IMG/VR virus record: IMGVR_UViG_3300035665_000019 | Source of the DNA: an uncultured virus (IMG/VR IMGVR_UViG_3300035665_000019) | Lineage: Duplodnaviria > Heunggongvirae > Uroviricota > Caudoviricetes | Strand: one strand, 5' to 3' | Length of the DNA stretch: 20,000 nt | Shown here: in pieces, positions 16,395 to 20,000 of the stretch | Layout of the letters: each line of letters begins with the position of its first letter | Numbering within the stretch: position 1 is the first letter of the stretch | The notes under the pieces: model-generated | The model's database searches: none | Told to the model about the DNA's origin: nothing | What the model saw: the letters and a program-made list of their open reading frames with translations, nothing else | Position numbers and translations under genes: made by a program

Positions 16395-19300
16395 CTACGG
16401 CGTACCATAACTAACTTGACTAATATCAACAACTGCTACCCATCTTATATTTTTACTGGTTAATCCGTTAACATTAATTTGTAATGCTTCATTAGCAGTA
16501 TCTGCTGTTACTGTAGCAACACATCCACTCATAGCTCCCTCAACCCAAGACTCAACAATATTAGAACCTATTATAGATGTACCACTAGGGGCAGCATTTC
16601 GTCCTATACAACCTCGTATATTATATCCGGCTCTTAAATTATCAGTATCATTATAAGCACTGAGTTTGGTTGTAAAAATCCACGTAGTTTCTGGTGGAAT
16701 GGTTAATCTGGCACTAGATCCATCTAAGAATAAAACTGTTCCACTAGCATTAACTGTTGAGTTTCTTGCTATTAAAATTGTGTGTTGAGCATCTCCTTGA
16801 TTAGTAAATTGTCCTGCTGAGTGACTCATTTCACCATATCTTGTTGCTTTAGCTTGAATACCACCAGGAACTGTGCAATACCAAATACCAGCACTATTGC
16901 TATGTCCTCCACCAACTGTGGATCCGATAGAATAATCGCCACCGGCACTATTATAAGTTCCTCCACAAACTGTTGAGCCGATAGAATAATCTCCACCAGC
17001 AGTATTATCCTTTCCTCCACCAACTGTTGAGCCGATAGAATAATCTCCACCAGCACTATTGTTATATCCTCCACCAACTGTAGATTTATTACCATTAGCC
17101 GTATTAAGATATCCTCCACCAACTGTAGAATGAGTACCACCAGCACTATTACTCTGTCCTCCACCAACTGTAGAGTGGTAATTACTAGCACTATTACTCT
17201 GTCCTCCACCAACTGTAGAATGACTACCAGAAGCACTGTTACTATTTCCTCCACAAACTGCGGATATGTACCCAGCAGCACTATTACTTCTTCCTCCACC
17301 AACTATAGAGTATTCACCACTACTACTGTTACCAGTTCCACCACTAATTGTTGACTTATTAGCGATAGCACTATTATTATCTCCTCCACCAACTGTAGAA
17401 TGCATACCACCAGCACTGTTACTCTGTCCTCCACCAACTATAGAATAGTTACCACCAGCACTATTACTGCTTCCTCCACCCACTGTTGACTTTTCCCCAA
17501 TAGAAATATTATTTTCTCCTCCTCCAATTGTTGAGCAATTTCCTGGATAATAATCACCGCCAGCAGTATTGTTGCTTCCTCCTCCAATAGTACATAGTGG
17601 ACCCATAGCATTATTGTTTGACCCACCTCCTATAACACTATAATCACCATGAGCTACTCCAGAAACAGAAATTCTACTTCTTTGTAAGTCTACACTATAT
17701 ATGCCTCTTGAGTTTCCAGCATTGTCGGCCTGTAATGCTCCGCTAGCATTTGGTTTAATTATTAGATTACCATTGATATTGGTAGCAGATATCATGTTGC
17801 CAGTAACACTTATGTTGCTAGCGATTATGCCGCTGCTAAATACTCCACTACCAGTAACGCTCAATAAACTTCCATTAAAAGTTAAATTACTTTCGGCATT
17901 AATGCCTAATGACGATCCTGTACTAGTAAGAACTCTATTATCTCCACTATTTGCTATGGTTGGTAATAGTCCGCTAACGCTAGAATTAAAATCTGTTATA
18001 TTAGAACTAGTGTGAGTATGACCGCTAACGCTTACCCCGGTGCTATTTACACTTAAAAAAGTAAAGTTTCCGCTACTACTAGGAACCCACAATCCACTAT
18101 TACTATTATACTGCAAAAACTGACCACTTGTAGCACCAGTAACTGCAACATCATGTAGTTCATATAATTCAAATCCGTTTTGAATACTTACTTCTATTAT
18201 ACCTTGAGTACTATGATTTCTAACAATTTTTCCTATAGCAACCAAGTGATTTGGAGCAAGAGGTTTTGTAGAAGTTATTCCTCCAGAAATACTTGGACTT
18301 AGATATAGTGTGCTACCCTCTGAAGCACCAAACTGATTAGTATTAACATCAATTAATGCTCCAACAACAATAATATCTCCAGTTTGATTATCGTTTATAT
18401 CACTAGCAGTAACGCCATATGTTTTACTAGATGTGCTTTCAGAAGAAGCAATAGATTTTTGTATAGTGGGTCTGTTTCCATGTCCACCATTAATATAAAC
18501 AACACTCATTTTGGATATTGTAGAGCCAGTCTTATTGTCTGCTCTTGTTATTAACGATGACGCACTACTAGCAGCAACACCAAATGCAGATATCGTGTAA
18601 ACCCCAGAAGTTGATCCTATTGATATTCCAGAACCAGAAACTAGGTCTTTTACCGGAAGCAATCCGCTCACAGTTGAAGCAAAATCGGATATGTCATTAG
18701 ACATATGAGTATGACCACTAACACTAACATCAATCCCACCAACCTTTAACTCTGTAAAATAACCAAACGATGGAACATATTCTCCAATAGTAGTATTATT
18801 TATTTTGCATCCATCTGGTCCACCAATATCTGATTTATTTAATGTTCCTCGACCACCTTCATCAGTATTAAGTATATAATTATTATCAGGAGATTTAATA
18901 ATTATTTGATTATCTCCATCTATAGTTAAAATATCATGAACATTTACAGTACCTCTAACATTCAATCTATTTATATCTACTATATCTCCACTAATAGCCA
19001 TGATATCAATATTTGTATCAACGTCATGAAATAGTATGCGACCATAATCATAATCCGAATGATAGTTTAAAGAAATAATACGTTCTGAATTAATACTTAT
19101 ATCTTGATTCAATAAATCAATATTTGCTTTGTCTGCTCCTATATGTAGATTTTGATTATTTATATTTTTTGGAAGAATAGTATCTGAGATTATTCCATTA
19201 TTAAAAGTATGTATTGCGGAAATATTTCTAGGATTTGATAAATGAACATACTGAGAATGATCATCATTGTTATTTAGATTATAAAGTGCATTATGATCAT

Positions 19301-20000
19301 TTTTAGAAAAATTATGATTAATATGTCTAAGATCACTAACAGAAACAAGTCTAGCGCCAGCATTATTAGTATAAGCTAAATTTGTCTGATAAATTAATCT
19401 ATATATTGGTTTGATAGCGTCAAATGGAATTCCGTCTAATTTCAAATCTTCCCACTTATTCAAAGATATTGCGCTATTTAAAGAGGTATCATATCTTTGT
19501 CCCATTATTGAAACAATTGGTCTTATTAAATTATTTGTAGCACAAATCCAGTAAGATACGAAAGTATTATTCGGAATATTAGAAATAGTCCATATGTCTG
19601 AGTCTATACTTTTCTGATTATATTGTGGGCCTGATCCTGCGTTTTTATAAGGTAAAGGAGAATTAAATTCATTATTAAAAGAATTTTTATTAGAATACCA
19701 ATAATTTGGAGATCTTCTATATAATACAGGAATATGAGCTACTGGTGATAATTTTTGTTCATAAAGATTTGTTGGAGTATCAGAATGAATTATATTTATG
19801 CTTTTGTTACGATCAAGAATAGTTCCATTTTCTATGCCAATAGTTGCATGACTATATAATGATCCATCTCCTTGAGCATTGTAATTAGTTAAAGATAGTC
19901 CACTATAATAAGCTAGTCCAATAGTTGAGTTAATATAATTAATAGAATTTGGGTCTGTGCTGGCAGCAAGTCTTTCATCCGTAAAGAATACTGTATCTGT
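16395..20000 (-). CDS. Long fibre/adhesin-like protein (>1200 aa, 5' end outside the window)
   Basis: The frame is open for a further 165 codons beyond the ORF-track ATG at 19505, up to base 20000 (TDTVFFTDERLAASTDPN...RPIVSIMGQR). Contains DDHSQYVH, two VSVSGHTH modules, LYELHDVAVT..GQFLQYN..GLW, and 17 Gly-rich repeats. Confidence 0.85.
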   Translation of the reverse strand, partial: TDTVFFTDERLAASTDPNSINYINSTIGLAYYSGLSLTNYNAQGDGSLYSHATIGIENGTILDRNKSINIIHSDTPTNLYEQKLSPVAHIPVLYRRSPNYWYSNKNSFNNEFNSPLPYKNAGSGPQYNQKSIDSDIWTISNIPNNTFVSYWICATNNLIRPIVSIMGQRYDTSLNSAISLNKWEDLKLDGIPFDAIKPIYRLIYQTNLAYTNNAGARLVSVSDLRHINHNFSKNDHNALYNLNNNDDHSQYVHLSNPRNISAIHTFNNGIISDTILPKNINNQNLHIGADKANIDLLNQDISINSERIISLNYHSDYDYGRILFHDVDTNIDIMAISGDIVDINRLNVRGTVNVHDILTIDGDNQIIIKSPDNNYILNTDEGGRGTLNKSDIGGPDGCKINNTTIGEYVPSFGYFTELKVGGIDVSVSGHTHMSNDISDFASTVSGLLPVKDLVSGSGISIGSTSGVYTISAFGVAASSASSLITRADNKTGSTISKMSVVYINGGHGNRPTIQKSIASSESTSSKTYGVTASDINDNQTGDIIVVGALIDVNTNQFGASEGSTLYLSPSISGGITSTKPLAPNHLVAIGKIVRNHSTQGIIEVSIQNGFELYELHDVAVTGATSGQFLQYNSNSGLWVPSSSGNFTFLSVNSTGVSVSGHTHTSSNITDFNSSVSGLLPTIANSGDNRVLTSTGSSLGINAESNLTFNGSLLSVTGSGVFSSGIIASNISVTGNMISATNINGNLIIKPNASGALQADNAGNSRGIYSVDLQRSRISVSGVAHGDYSVIGGGSNNNAMGPLCTIGGGSNNTAGGDYYPGNCSTIGGGENNISIGEKSTVGGGSSNSAGGNYSIVGGGQSNSAGGMHSTVGGGDNNSAIANKSTISGGTGNSSSGEYSIVGGGRSNSAAGYISAVCGGNSNSASGSHSTVGGGQSNSASNYHSTVGGGQSNSAGGTHSTVGGGYLNTANGNKSTVGGGYNNSAGGDYSIGSTVGGGKDNTAGGDYSIGSTVCGGTYNSAGGDYSIGSTVGGGHSNSAGIWYCTVPGGIQAKATRYGEMSHSAGQFTNQGDAQHTILIARNSTVNASGTVLFLDGSSARLTIPPETTWIFTTKLSAYNDTDNLRAGYNIRGCIGRNAAPSGTSIIGSNIVESWVEGAMSGCVATVTADTANEALQINVNGLTSKNIRWVAVVDISQVSYGTP
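16850..17645 (-). repeat. Coding tandem repeat of 17 units, mostly 45 bp (STVGGGxxNSAxGxx), with three 54-bp variants
   Basis: ccaccaactgtaga recurs at 17071, 17116, 17161 and 17206 (45-bp period). Three consecutive 18-aa units carry GGDYSIGS. Confidence 0.92.

Noticed and set aside
16826..17626. Alternative-frame minus-strand ORFs (158 aa and 62 aa) with periodic VEE/VIVLV pattern
   Set aside because: Shadow of the 45-bp coding repeat, which happens to lack stops in that frame; entirely nested in the fibre gene.
16850..17645. 45-bp periodic repeats as a possible CRISPR array
   Set aside because: Units are degenerate at wobble positions, in frame within a CDS, have no unique spacers, and no cas genes are present.
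3716..18015. All plus-strand ORFs in the track, and the nested minus ORF 10844-11062
   Set aside because: They are antisense or off-frame shadows of long, motif-bearing minus-strand genes and carry no recognisable motifs.
19503..19505. ORF-track start at 19505 for the long fibre
   Set aside because: The frame stays open to base 20000, so this is most likely an internal Met.
8268..20000. Diversity-generating retroelement or invertible shufflon acting on the fibres
   Set aside because: No reverse transcriptase or recombinase in the window, no template/variable repeat pair differing only at adenines, and no inverted cassettes seen. A remote template repeat cannot be excluded.
1..20000. Stop-codon reassignment
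   Set aside because: Long ORFs are intact in code 11. TAG ends genes at 5637 and 16395, TGA sits in ATGA overlaps, and TAA is common.

Overview
AT-rich window of a tailed (Caudoviricetes-type) phage or prophage structural region. Every credible gene is on the minus strand and tightly packed, with three ATGA stop/start overlaps and standard code 11. In transcription order: a >1200-aa fibre/adhesin with HxH motifs and 17 Gly-rich 15-residue repeats (open to the window edge); a PAPS-dependent sulfotransferase; a 1011-aa GNVGIGT-repeat fibre; a 361-aa virion-type protein; a 1037-aa CBM-like/beta-helix spike; two small proteins; an Ig-like plus proprotein-convertase P-domain protein; a short collagen protein; an RgpF-like (rhamnan synthesis F) glycosyltransferase; then Zn-finger head closure, neck, tail terminator, a two-domain major tail tube protein and two putative tail-chaperone ORFs missing from the ORF track. 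Top hypothesis: a phage-encoded virion glycosylation plus sulfation system, with both enzymes embedded among structural genes and a tail tube ending in a Gly/Thr/Ser tail with a C-terminal Ser. Also seen: a repeated intergenic motif GGTGTAWHTWWTA (candidate late promoter) and a perfect 30-bp direct repeat between fibre modules. All functional calls come from motif recognition and gene order, not database searches.
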